This document shows positions 38,375 to 46,938 of a stretch of 64,000 nt of DNA, piece by piece. The stretch is taken from contig DATESQ010000018.1 of the NCBI GenBank assembly GCA_035283985.1, positions 344 to 64,343 on the forward strand, in the 5' to 3' direction. Made by a program: the position numbers and the translations under genes. Under the pieces are notes generated by a model, which saw only the letters and a list, made by a program, of their open reading frames with translations, had not been told where the DNA came from and searched no databases. Source of the DNA: Thermoplasmata archaeon. Lineage in GTDB: Archaea > Thermoplasmatota > Thermoplasmata > RBG-16-68-12. Position 1 is the stretch's first letter. Each line of letters begins with the position of its first letter.

Positions 38375-39157
38375 TCATGCCGCAATCGCGGGTCGTGCAG
38401 CGTCCGCGTGGACGACGATCCCCGTGTCCCGGATCTCGAAAGGGTACACAATCTCGTCGTGGCTCGAGCCCTTGTACTTCTCAATCGAAATGAATCGCTT
38501 GATCCCCGTCTCGTCGCGGAGCTTGTGGAGCCGGATCTCACCGCGGGCCAGGAACGCCTCCGGGGGGACTTCGCCCTCCTCCGGGAGCTCGACGGTGAGG
38601 AGCGACGTCACTTGGGATTCCGCGAGGAACCGCATGAAGCTCTGCGTCGTGAGGGTCTCCTCGAAGTCCCGCATGCAGAAGTACCGGAGCGCTGTCATCG
38701 AATCGATCACGACCCTTTCGTACCGTCGTTTTACGAGGAGGTTCTTCAGGAGCTGTTGGAGCGAATGAACCGTGACCTCGTGGCTCTCGAAATCCGGGGT
38801 CTTGCGAATTCGGTCGTCCGTCTCCCGCAGCCGCTGGGGCTCGACCTCCGTGCTGATCTCGAGGACGGGCGTCGGCTCGAACCGACGGATGTCGCTGTTC
38901 GCGTCGAGGATCTCGACATCGTCGGGGTTCCACCGGAACGATCGGAGGTTCGCGCGGATCTCGTTCGGCGGTTCCTCGATCGCGACGTACAGGCACCGCT
39001 CGCCGCCTTGAACGCCCTCCATCAGGAACTGCATCGCGAGGAGCGTTTTCCCGCTCCCGGGCGGGCCCGAGACGATGTATGGCCGCCGGGGCAGCAGCCC
39101 TCCGTGGAGCATCTTGTCGAGCCCCGCGATTCCCGTGCGGATCTTCCCGTTGGTCAT
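38375..39157 (-). CDS. KaiC-like RecA-superfamily ATPase (single domain).
   Basis: 'GIAGLDKMLHGGLLPRRPYIVSGPPGSGKTLLAMQF' is Walker A in the KaiC/RadA-like context; Walker B 'RVVIDSMTAL'. Confidence 0.75.
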   Translation of the reverse strand: MTNGKIRTGIAGLDKMLHGGLLPRRPYIVSGPPGSGKTLLAMQFLMEGVQGGERCLYVAIEEPPNEIRANLRSFRWNPDDVEILDANSDIRRFEPTPVLEISTEVEPQRLRETDDRIRKTPDFESHEVTVHSLQQLLKNLLVKRRYERVVIDSMTALRYFCMRDFEETLTTQSFMRFLAESQVTSLLTVELPEEGEVPPEAFLARGEIRLHKLRDETGIKRFISIEKYKGSSHDEIVYPFEIRDTGIVVHADAARPAIAA

Positions 39158-40239
39158 TTCTTCCCCCCGGGCGGGGGCGGAATCGTCGCGGGCGGGGGTG
39201 GCGGGAGCGGCGCGGCTTTCAGGCGTTCTTGGATTGTCACTTGCGTATTGAGGGCCGCCTTCAGCGCCTTCTCGTAGTTCCGCCGGTGGAGCTGGAGCAT
39301 CGCTCGGGCGAGCATCCGGTCCACGTCCGTAACGGGGATTTTCAAGCGGTGCGCGTCCTCGATGCCCTTCAGGACGCCGTCGATGATCGTTGAGACCTCG
39401 TCGATGATTCGCTGCTCCAGGTACGCCTGCCCCATCTGGCGGGTGTGCACTCCCGAGAACGAGATAGTCCCATTTGTATCGACGGAGAGACCCTTGTCCG
39501 TAATCGCGAGGGGCCGGATCAGATCGTTGAACGCGGACCCTCGGAACTTCTCAATCGAGATGGCCCGCCGAATTGTGTTCCCCTCGAGCCACTTGTGGAG
39601 GCGGATCTCGCCGCGGCATAGGAAGAACTCCGTCTCGAGGATCTTCGGGTTCAGCCGCTCAGAGACGAGGACGCACGTCGCCTCGATCTCCGACAGGAAC
39701 CGGAGGAAGCTCTGGATCATGATCCGGGAGTCCTCGCCCTGCATGCTGAACATCTTCAGCGCGGTGAGGGAGTCGACGACGACCCGGGTGTAGCGCTCCT
39801 TTGTTCGCTCGAGCCGGGCGAAGAACTCCTGCTTGAGCATCTTCTGCACACTGTGGACGGACACCTCGAGAGCCCGGACCTGTGACGACTGGCGGATTTC
39901 GCCCACACTCTCGAGGTCCCGAAGGTCGAGCGTTGTCCCGACGTCGATCACGCTCCGGGTCCGCTTGTGGGCCTTGATGTCCGGCGTCGCATCGAGAATC
40001 TTGAGCTTGTCCAGGTTCCAGCGGAACGCGCCGACGTTCGCCTTCACCTCGTTCGGAGGCTCGTCGAGCGTGACCATCAAGCAGGGCTCGCCCTGGGCGA
40101 GGCCCGCCGCGAGGAAATGCATCGCGAGAATCGTCTTCCCGCTTCCCGGGGGACCCGAGATGACGTACGGCCGGGCGGGGATGAGGCCCCCGCCGAGCAT
40201 CGCGTCGAGTCCCGGGACGCCCGTTGATACACGGTCCAT
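39154..40239 (-). CDS. KaiC-like ATPase paralog with C-terminal helical and Pro-rich extension.
   Basis: 'GVPGLDAMLGGGLIPARPYVISGPPGSGKTILAMHF'; C-terminus '...LKAAPLPPPPPATIPPPPGGKK'. 4-nt overlap with the downstream paralog. ATG 40239 verified. Confidence 0.75.
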   Translation of the reverse strand: MDRVSTGVPGLDAMLGGGLIPARPYVISGPPGSGKTILAMHFLAAGLAQGEPCLMVTLDEPPNEVKANVGAFRWNLDKLKILDATPDIKAHKRTRSVIDVGTTLDLRDLESVGEIRQSSQVRALEVSVHSVQKMLKQEFFARLERTKERYTRVVVDSLTALKMFSMQGEDSRIMIQSFLRFLSEIEATCVLVSERLNPKILETEFFLCRGEIRLHKWLEGNTIRRAISIEKFRGSAFNDLIRPLAITDKGLSVDTNGTISFSGVHTRQMGQAYLEQRIIDEVSTIIDGVLKGIEDAHRLKIPVTDVDRMLARAMLQLHRRNYEKALKAALNTQVTIQERLKAAPLPPPPPATIPPPPGGKK

Positions 40240-40354
40240 GGGGTCCGACCGAGGAGGACTCGATGAGTCCCTTGGTTTAAGGATTTGCGCCTGAGAATCG
40301 CGGACGTGCAAATGATTGTGAGAATTGTAGGCAAAGACTCAAGACGGAAACGAA

Positions 40355-40547
40355 TTGCCCCGATAGCGGGGGATGGAGTCTCCGGGGAGGAGGGCGTTCC
40401 TCCGACCCATTTGAACCATCGATCTCCGGGTTTCGCACCCTAGGATCTGGGGATCCTGGGCTATGAGCCCGACGGGATTTTAGGCCGCAGGGCCTGATGA
40501 CCCCGGGTCTCCTAGCTACCCCACCCCGCTATCTTGTATCGGGGACG
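40355..40547. repeat. GC-rich structured element bounded by imperfect inverted repeats (GCCCCGATAGCGGGGG ... CCCCGCTATCTTGTATCGGGG) with at least three internal hairpins.
   Basis: Arms at 40357-40372 and 40521-40545 are reverse-complementary over 8-10 bp blocks. Internal stems include CCTAGGATC/GATCCTGGG (40439-40460), GGGCT/AGCCC (40458-40470) and GGCC-GCAG-GGCC (40483-40494). Confidence 0.45.
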
Positions 40548-40593
40548 GGGCTCGCCAACTGGCCCGCGAAGATAAACCTATCGAGACACGTGC

Positions 40594-40923
40594 TCAGAAG
40601 AATTTTCGAAACCGCACGAGGTCCTCGAGGTCGCCCTTCACCTTCAAGCGGCCCGTCGCAAACGCCTTCATCGGGCCGATCTCGCGCGCGATGAGGCCTC
40701 GGATCGTGTCCGAATCCGCGATAATCGTGATGTCTGGGTTGTTGACGGTCCCGTCGAGAAGGCCCTCGACGTGCGCGTCCTTCAACGTGAAGTGGTACGT
40801 CGTACCGTCTTTGAGATCGACGACGACCGTCCGTTCGATTCCCTCGAGTTCCGCGTGGAGCTTTGCGTCCTCGCGAACCCGCTCGTTGAACTTTGCGATG
40901 AGGCCCTCGAGCTCGCCCCTCAC
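40594..40923 (-). CDS. SCP2 sterol-carrier-like domain protein.
   Basis: About 109 aa from GTG 40923, immediately after the rnhB stop: '...DGTTYHFTLKDAHVEGLLDGTVNNPDITIIADSDTIRGLIAREIGPMKAFATGRLKVKGDL' has the SCP2 fold pattern. The longer listed ORF N-terminus is Arg-rich junk overlapping rnhB. Confidence 0.55.
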   Translation of the reverse strand: MRGELEGLIAKFNERVREDAKLHAELEGIERTVVVDLKDGTTYHFTLKDAHVEGLLDGTVNNPDITIIADSDTIRGLIAREIGPMKAFATGRLKVKGDLEDLVRFRKFF

Positions 40924-41576
40924 GGCTTCCCGCCCCCGAATTCCTCGAGCTTCCGCGTGGCTGCCGCGGACAGGAGGCGCTTCGCGGTGTCCCACGAAGC
41001 GCGCGCGTGCGGGGGGAGCGTGCCCTTCTCCCGGATCCACGTCTCGAGGAACTTGATTGTCTCGGGGTCGTGCGAGTACCCGCTCCCGATCTTCTCGCCG
41101 AGCTCCGCCTCGATCTTCCGCATCTCTGCGTCGCGGGTGACCTTCGCGAGGATCGAAGCCGCTGACACGACGGGGAACAGGTCGTCCGCGCCGTGCTTCG
41201 AAACGATCTCGACGTCGAACGACAGCAGTTTCGTGATCGTCCGGCGGAACTCGAATTCGTCGACGTCCGCGGAGTCGACGTACGCGATCTCGGGACGCAG
41301 CTTCTCGATGATGCCTGCGAACAGCCTCGCCTCGAAGACGTTCAGGCTCATCTCCGCCCGCATCGTGTCGATGTTCTCCGCAGGAACCACGATGATTTCG
41401 CATTGGGTGAGCTTCCGGATCTCAGGGGCGAGCGCCTCCCGACGCTCCGGCGGCAGTTTCTTCGAGTCCCGCACGTTCAGCTTCCGGAGCAGGGCGTCCG
41501 ATTCGATCGCGACTCCCGCGACGACCAAGGGACCGATGACGGGGCCCCTCCCCGCCTCGTCGACCCCGCAGATCAT
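40920..41576 (-). CDS. rnhB: Ribonuclease HII.
   Basis: 'MICGVDEAGRGPVIGPLVVAGV' is the canonical RNase HII N-terminus, with DSK motif. Confidence 0.9.
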   Translation of the reverse strand: MICGVDEAGRGPVIGPLVVAGVAIESDALLRKLNVRDSKKLPPERREALAPEIRKLTQCEIIVVPAENIDTMRAEMSLNVFEARLFAGIIEKLRPEIAYVDSADVDEFEFRRTITKLLSFDVEIVSKHGADDLFPVVSAASILAKVTRDAEMRKIEAELGEKIGSGYSHDPETIKFLETWIREKGTLPPHARASWDTAKRLLSAAATRKLEEFGGGKP

Positions 41577-42865
41577 CCCGTCACCCCGTAGAGCTCGCGG
41601 GCGATCTCCTGGACGCGATCGATGACCATCGTTTCATCCACGGTTCTCACGGACCCGCCGTCCACGACAACCTTACCGTCCACGATCGTGGACCGGACAT
41701 CGCTCCCCCGACATGCGTAGACGACATGGCGGATGATGTTATCTCGATTAAAAGGCGTCGTATGCGGCCGGCGGAGGTCGACGACCGCGAGGTCCGCCGC
41801 TTTTCCGACCTCGATCGAGCCCAATCGGTCCGCGACGCCCAGGGCCCGCGCGCCCTCAATCGTCGCGAGGTCGAGAGCGGTCTGCGCAGGGAGGACGGAC
41901 GCGTCCCACCTCGTGGACTTGTGGAGGAGCGCGCACAGCTTCATCTCCTGGAACATATCCATCCCGTTGTTGCTGATCGGGCTGTCCGTCCCCAGGGACG
42001 CCACGACGCCCGCGTCGAACATCTCCGGAAGAGGCGTGACGCCCCCGGAGGCGAGCTTCATGTTTGAAGTCGGGCAGTGGGCGACCTTCGCGCCGTAGCG
42101 GGCGAGGATGCGGACCTCGTTAAGCGTGACCCAGACGCAGTGCGCCGCGACAAGCCGATCCGAAAGGAATCCAATCTTCTCGAGCCACTCCACGGGTCGC
42201 AACCCCGTTTTCTTGCGGTGGTTGTACACCTCGGCCCGTGTCTCGCTGAGGTGCGTGTGCATCCCCACGCCGTTCCGGTCTGCGACTTCCTTCGCGCGCG
42301 CGTACGTTTCCTCGGAGCACACGTAGACGCCCTGGAGGCCGACGGACGGCGTCACAAGGCCGTCGCCCTTTGCTTTCCGGACGAACTGCTCAGCGTTCGC
42401 GACGGGGCTCCCCCGTTGCGTGGTGAAGGCCTCGTCGAGGACGACCCACGAGAGGAAGGCGCGAATCCCGGACTCCCGCGCGGCGCGGGCAACCTCGTCC
42501 TCCCAGTAGAAGAGGTCGTGGAACGACGTCGTGCCGGACTTCAGCATCTCGATGGATCCGAGGAGGGCCGCCATCTGGACGTCCCGCCGGGTGAGCTGGG
42601 CGTCGATCGCGAATGCGCGTTCGAGCATCGCCTCCAGCGGGACGTCGTCCGCCGCCCCTCGCAGCAGCGTGTTCGCCACGTGGGTGTGGGTATTGATCAA
42701 CCCCGGCAGGACCGCGCAGTTCGAACAGTCGAGGACCTTGTCCGCAGAGTCCCGCACCTCGCCGACCTCCGCGATTCGGCCGTTTACTACCAGGACATCC
42801 CCGCGGAGGACATCGCGGCCGGCGTTCTGCGTGACGAGATAGCCGTCGCGAAGAAGGAGGGACAT
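41573..42865 (-). CDS. mtaD: Amidohydrolase of the MTA/SAH deaminase (MtaD) / guanine deaminase family.
   Basis: 'GLINTHTHVANTLLRG' (metal-binding HxH), '...HLSE...', 'VAHCP', 'GTDSP' motifs. ATG 42865 verified. Confidence 0.75.
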   Translation of the reverse strand: MSLLLRDGYLVTQNAGRDVLRGDVLVVNGRIAEVGEVRDSADKVLDCSNCAVLPGLINTHTHVANTLLRGAADDVPLEAMLERAFAIDAQLTRRDVQMAALLGSIEMLKSGTTSFHDLFYWEDEVARAARESGIRAFLSWVVLDEAFTTQRGSPVANAEQFVRKAKGDGLVTPSVGLQGVYVCSEETYARAKEVADRNGVGMHTHLSETRAEVYNHRKKTGLRPVEWLEKIGFLSDRLVAAHCVWVTLNEVRILARYGAKVAHCPTSNMKLASGGVTPLPEMFDAGVVASLGTDSPISNNGMDMFQEMKLCALLHKSTRWDASVLPAQTALDLATIEGARALGVADRLGSIEVGKAADLAVVDLRRPHTTPFNRDNIIRHVVYACRGSDVRSTIVDGKVVVDGGSVRTVDETMVIDRVQEIARELYGVTG

Positions 42866-42943
42866 CGCGGCCCGGCCCAACAGGGCCTCGGGGAAAAGGA
42901 TTGCGGGCAGAGGCTTTGCCCCCCCTTCGCGTTGCGGGTGCGG

Positions 42944-43849
42944 ATGGACCTGATCCGCGACCTCACGGACCTTGTTGGCCAGATTCCACGAGGACGCTTG
43001 ACGACGTTCCACGATCTCGCATCGGCACTTGGAGACCCCGACGCAGCGCTCGCGGTATTCCGCATCCTGCGAGAGACCCCGATGGCGGGAGCCCATCGCG
43101 TCGTCCGGACGTCGGGAGAGATTCCGAAGCCGAGCAATGGTGCGAAGCTTCGCGGCGAGGGAATCCGCGTGTCGCGCGGTTTCGTTTCACAGCCCGAGGC
43201 GGTCTCCTTCCGGGCCTTTCGGAGTGGGCAACCCCTTGCCAGGCTACGCGACGAGCAGCGGCGGCTCGCCAAGCGGGTCCGCGAGGCGGACGACTTCGAA
43301 TCCGCCGAATATGTCGCAGGATTCGATCTCGCGTACGCGGGGGACCGAGCGACCGCCGCGGCCGTCGTCGTGCGACGGTCTCGCGGCGGGGTAGTGCAGA
43401 CCGCCCGCGCAATCGTTCCCGTTTCGTTTCCCTATATTCCAGGATATCTGGCGTACAGGGAATTCCCTGGCATCGAGCGGTGCTACGACTTGCTCGACCC
43501 GAAGCCCGACGTCCTCATGATCGATGGCCACGGGACGCTTCACCCCGCCCGCTTCGGTATCGCATGCTATGTCGGCCTCTCGCTGGACCGCCCCACGATC
43601 GGCGTTGCAAAGAACCTACTCGTAGGCGACGCCGGACCTGCGCCACGACATCCGGGCGGTGTTACGGAGATCCGCGTCGATGGGGAACTCCGCGGCTTTG
43701 GTCTCCGGACCTCTCGCTCTCGCCGACTGCGCTACGTTTCCGTGGGACACAGGATTTCTCTCGCGACTGCCGTCAAACTCACGAAGACGATGTGCAGGAC
43801 GAGGATGTCAGATCCACTCGGGCAGGCGCACTCACTGGCGAAAATATGA
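42944..43849 (+). CDS. nfi: Endonuclease V (C-terminal) fused to an N-terminal AGT-like (O6-alkylguanine-DNA alkyltransferase fold) domain lacking the active-site Cys.
   Basis: C-terminus 'FDLAYAGDRATAAAVVV...VPVSFPYIPGYLAYREFP...LMIDGHGTLHPARFGIACYVG' is EndoV. N-terminus 'RLTTFHDLASALGDPDAALAVFRILRETPMAGAHRVVRTSGEI...NGAKLRGEGI' is the AGT HTH plus 'xHRVV' segment, with GAHRV in place of PCHRV. ATG 42944 verified. Confidence 0.75.
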   Translation: MDLIRDLTDLVGQIPRGRLTTFHDLASALGDPDAALAVFRILRETPMAGAHRVVRTSGEIPKPSNGAKLRGEGIRVSRGFVSQPEAVSFRAFRSGQPLARLRDEQRRLAKRVREADDFESAEYVAGFDLAYAGDRATAAAVVVRRSRGGVVQTARAIVPVSFPYIPGYLAYREFPGIERCYDLLDPKPDVLMIDGHGTLHPARFGIACYVGLSLDRPTIGVAKNLLVGDAGPAPRHPGGVTEIRVDGELRGFGLRTSRSRRLRYVSVGHRISLATAVKLTKTMCRTRMSDPLGQAHSLAKI

Positions 43850-44134
43850 AAAGGAGAGAAGAAAAAGCGCAAAGATGGTTGGGCACGTCGAAGCGTTGCT
43901 TCATCCCAAAAAAAGACCCTAGCGCTTCTTCTTCTTGCCCTTCTTCTTTTTGATTTCCCACACGGAAGGTTGCTCCTCCTATGAGAGTGTATGGGACTTC
44001 GAATCTTAAATATATCGAGGCGCGCATTTTTCGCGAAATATAATAATTCACGGATGCAACTTGCAGGTACCCGCGCAATCAACTCGTGCAAATGGTGACG
44101 CAAGTCTCAAGAAATTCGCGGTCTATCACCGGTC

Positions 44135-45046
44135 GTGGACATTCTCGTCTTCGGTGCTGGCGCGATGGGCAGTTTCTTCGGAGGAATTCTCTCCCGGAGA
44201 AACCACGTCACACTCATTTGTCGACAGGAACACGCGAGCGCGATTCGCAAGTCAGGACTCCGTATCGGAGGGAAGACATCTCTGATCGCATATCCCGCGG
44301 TTGCGACGGCCGCAGCGCGCATTCGCCGCGCAGACCTTATCCTCATTTCAACGAAAGCATACGACACGGAAGTTGCGGCTCGCACATTGCGCCGATTCGG
44401 AACGAAGCCGATTTGGCTCACGCTGCAGAACGGACTCGAAAACGCGAGTGTCCTCGCTCGCACGGCAATGAAGGTCGTCGCGGGCATCACGAGCCACGGC
44501 GTGACCCTCGGGCGGCCGGGCGAAGTCCGCCATGCGGGAGTCGGCGACACAGTGATCGGCGGATTCTCGGGCGTCGACGAGAACGACGTCGTCCGCGTCC
44601 GCGACGTGTTCGAGGAGAGCGGAATCCACACGACGATTTCGCCGAACATCCGCCGCGACTTGTGGTTGAAGGTCATCGTGAACGCGGGGATTAACCCCCT
44701 CGCCGCGCTCACCGGGCTCCGAAACGGGCAGCTCGTCGTCGTCCCCCCGCTCCGCGAGGCGATGACGGAACTCTGCGCAGAGGCTGCCGCGGTCGCCCGC
44801 GCGGAGGGGTTTGAACTTTCGAACCGCGAGGCGATTAACCTGACGGTCCGGGTCGCGCGGAGGACCCGCGAGAACAAGGCGAGCATGCTCCAGGACATCG
44901 AACGCCACCGGCGGACGGAGATCGACGCGATCACGGGTGCGATCCTCCGGGCCGCGGACCGCCATGGCCTCAAGGTCCCCACGAACCGCCTCGCGTACGC
45001 CCTCGTCCATGGGCTCGAGCGGCCGTATCGCCCCCCGACATCGTAG
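44135..45046 (+). CDS. panE: 2-dehydropantoate 2-reductase (ketopantoate reductase, ApbA/PanE family).
   Basis: 'ILVFGAGAMGSFFGG' Rossmann motif and ApbA C-terminal domain; GTG start. Confidence 0.75.
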   Translation: MDILVFGAGAMGSFFGGILSRRNHVTLICRQEHASAIRKSGLRIGGKTSLIAYPAVATAAARIRRADLILISTKAYDTEVAARTLRRFGTKPIWLTLQNGLENASVLARTAMKVVAGITSHGVTLGRPGEVRHAGVGDTVIGGFSGVDENDVVRVRDVFEESGIHTTISPNIRRDLWLKVIVNAGINPLAALTGLRNGQLVVVPPLREAMTELCAEAAAVARAEGFELSNREAINLTVRVARRTRENKASMLQDIERHRRTEIDAITGAILRAADRHGLKVPTNRLAYALVHGLERPYRPPTS

Positions 45047-45082
45047 GAATCTCCCTTGAAATCCCTCAGGGCGGGGCGATAC

Positions 45083-45104
45083 GTATTTAAATGGGTATTT
45101 AAAT
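45083..45104 (+). promoter_or_regulatory. Tandem direct repeat of GTATTTAAAT (two TATA boxes) upstream of tbp.
   Basis: Exact 10-nt repeat at 45083-45092 and 45095-45104, about 55-60 nt upstream of the tbp start. Confidence 0.55.
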
Positions 45105-45157
45105 CGGGAAAGTCCACGGGGGCGGAGCGAGCATTCCTCGTCCAGCTCTAGGGGTCG

Positions 45158-45712
45158 TTGTCTATGGCGAAAATCAAGATCGAGAACGTGGTCGCGTCGA
45201 CGTCTCTTGGCGGCGAACTCGACCTCCAGGCGATCGCGCTCGCCCTCGGCGGCGCGGAGTACGAGCCCGAGCAGTTCCCGGGCCTCATCTACCGGCTCAA
45301 GGAGCCGAAGACCGCGACCCTCCTGTTCCGCAGCGGCAAGGTCGTGTGCACGGGTGCGAAGAGCCTCGATCACGTGAAGACTGCTATCGACACCGTCGCG
45401 AAGCAAATCGAGGCAGCAGGAATCCCGATCAAGAAGGATCCCGTAATCGAGGTGCAGAACATCGTCGCTTCGAGCGACCTCGGGACGGAAATCAATCTCA
45501 ACGCGATCGCGATCTCCCTCGGCCTGGAGAAGGTCGAATACGAGCCTGAGCAGTTCCCGGGACTCGTGTATCGGATCGACGAGCCGAAGGTCGTCGTCCT
45601 CCTGTTTGGCAGCGGGAAGCTCGTGTGTACCGGGGCCCGGAAGCCTCAGGACGTTGAGCAGGCGGTCGAGAAAATCACGTTGGAGCTTAGAGCCGCGGGC
45701 CTCCTGCGCTGA
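45158..45712 (+). CDS. tbp: TATA-box binding protein.
   Basis: Two TBP repeats (IENVVASTSLGGELDLQAIA... and ...VQNIVASSDLGTEINLNAIA). Confidence 0.95.
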   Translation: MSMAKIKIENVVASTSLGGELDLQAIALALGGAEYEPEQFPGLIYRLKEPKTATLLFRSGKVVCTGAKSLDHVKTAIDTVAKQIEAAGIPIKKDPVIEVQNIVASSDLGTEINLNAIAISLGLEKVEYEPEQFPGLVYRIDEPKVVVLLFGSGKLVCTGARKPQDVEQAVEKITLELRAAGLLR

Positions 45713-45735
45713 CCGGCGTCCGCTTCCCGGGATCG

Positions 45736-46569
45736 ATGGCGATCTTCGACAACCATTTTCACCTGCGGCCGTCCGGGCTGGGAGTCGCGGCCGCGTCGCA
45801 GTTCGAGAAGGCGGGCGGGACCGCCCTGATGCTGACCCACTCGCCGTACGACGACATCCCAATCCGCACCCCGGACGATTACGCTCAGGCATTTGACCGG
45901 ACGCTCTCCCTCGCGGACGCGGTCCGGCGGGAGACGCGGCTCCAGGTGTTCGTCGCCCTCGGTCCCTATCCGATCGACCTCCTCCCGCTCCAAGCGTCGA
46001 CCGGTCTCGCCGCCGCCACCGAGGTCCTTCGCGGCGGGATAGAGATCGCCGCCCGCCATGTCGCGGACGGCATGGCGGTCGCCCTCGGGGAGGTCGGCCG
46101 ACCCCACTTTCCCGTTGATGAGGAGGTCTGGCGCGCCTCGAACACAATCCTCGCGTACGCGATGGAGACCGCGCGCGACCTCGGCTGCCCGGTCGTCCTC
46201 CACACAGAGGACCCGAGCGCAGACACGTTTCGCGAGTTCGCCGCGATGGCGGACCGGGCGGGCCTTCGCCGGGAGAAGGTCGTGAAGCACCACTCTACGG
46301 TGCTCGACGCCCATGACGCGTACGACGGGATCGTCCCCAGCGTACTCGCGAAGGAGGACCTGATCGAGCGCGCGGTCCGGGCGGGCGGTTTCTTTCTCCT
46401 CGAGACGGACTACATCGATGACCCGCGACGCCCGGGCGCGGTCCTCGGTCCCGCGACGGTTCCCCGGAAGACCCGGGCGCTTCTCGAGCGCGGCGTGCTC
46501 ACGGAGGACCTCGTAGCTCAGATCCACGGGGAGATTCCCGAACGGACGTACGGCATCAACCTCAGGTAG
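45736..46569 (+). CDS. tatD: TatD-family metal-dependent hydrolase (archaeal TatD-related).
   Basis: 'FDNHFHL' N-terminal motif and TIM-barrel metal ligands. Confidence 0.65.
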   Translation: MAIFDNHFHLRPSGLGVAAASQFEKAGGTALMLTHSPYDDIPIRTPDDYAQAFDRTLSLADAVRRETRLQVFVALGPYPIDLLPLQASTGLAAATEVLRGGIEIAARHVADGMAVALGEVGRPHFPVDEEVWRASNTILAYAMETARDLGCPVVLHTEDPSADTFREFAAMADRAGLRREKVVKHHSTVLDAHDAYDGIVPSVLAKEDLIERAVRAGGFFLLETDYIDDPRRPGAVLGPATVPRKTRALLERGVLTEDLVAQIHGEIPERTYGINLR

Positions 46570-46581
46570 TCCGTCCCACGG

Positions 46582-46857
46582 TCAGTGCCGGACTCCGAAC
46601 TCCTTGAACTCCTCAGTGGGCGTCTCCCATCTCACGTCCGCATGCTTCACACGGGCCTGCGGCTGGTGGGACGCATTCCACTCGATCGCGTCCTCAATCA
46701 CGTGCCGCTCGCCCTCGAAGACGGCCTCGACGGTTCCGTCCCGAAGGTTCCGCACGTATCCGCGGAGGCCGAGCTCCGTCGCCTTCTGCTGGCAGTGGGC
46801 CCGGAAGTACACGCCCTGGACGAGTCCGCGAAAGATGACCCGAGCCCGTGCGATCAT
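46582..46857 (-). CDS. acyP: Acylphosphatase.
   Basis: 'VIFRGLVQGVYFRAHC...GYVRNLRDGTVEAVFEG' is the canonical acylphosphatase signature. Confidence 0.9.
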   Translation of the reverse strand: MIARARVIFRGLVQGVYFRAHCQQKATELGLRGYVRNLRDGTVEAVFEGERHVIEDAIEWNASHQPQARVKHADVRWETPTEEFKEFGVRH

Positions 46858-46938
46858 CGCCGGTCAAGATGACCGCAAACAACGTTCAAATAGGATTGGG
46901 ACCTTGCACACGGTCCCCCACGAACCGGGTGCTCCCCC

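Noticed and set aside
40300-40560. Possible tRNA in the structured intergenic element
   Set aside because: T-loop-like strings (GGTTCAAAT, GGGTGCGAAACCC) are present, but no consistent acceptor/D/anticodon arms could be assembled on either strand.
42077-42943. N-terminal 289 codons of the 590-aa ORF containing EndoV
   Set aside because: That stretch is antisense to mtaD and Arg/Asp/Glu-rich; the real EndoV fusion starts at the verified ATG 42944.
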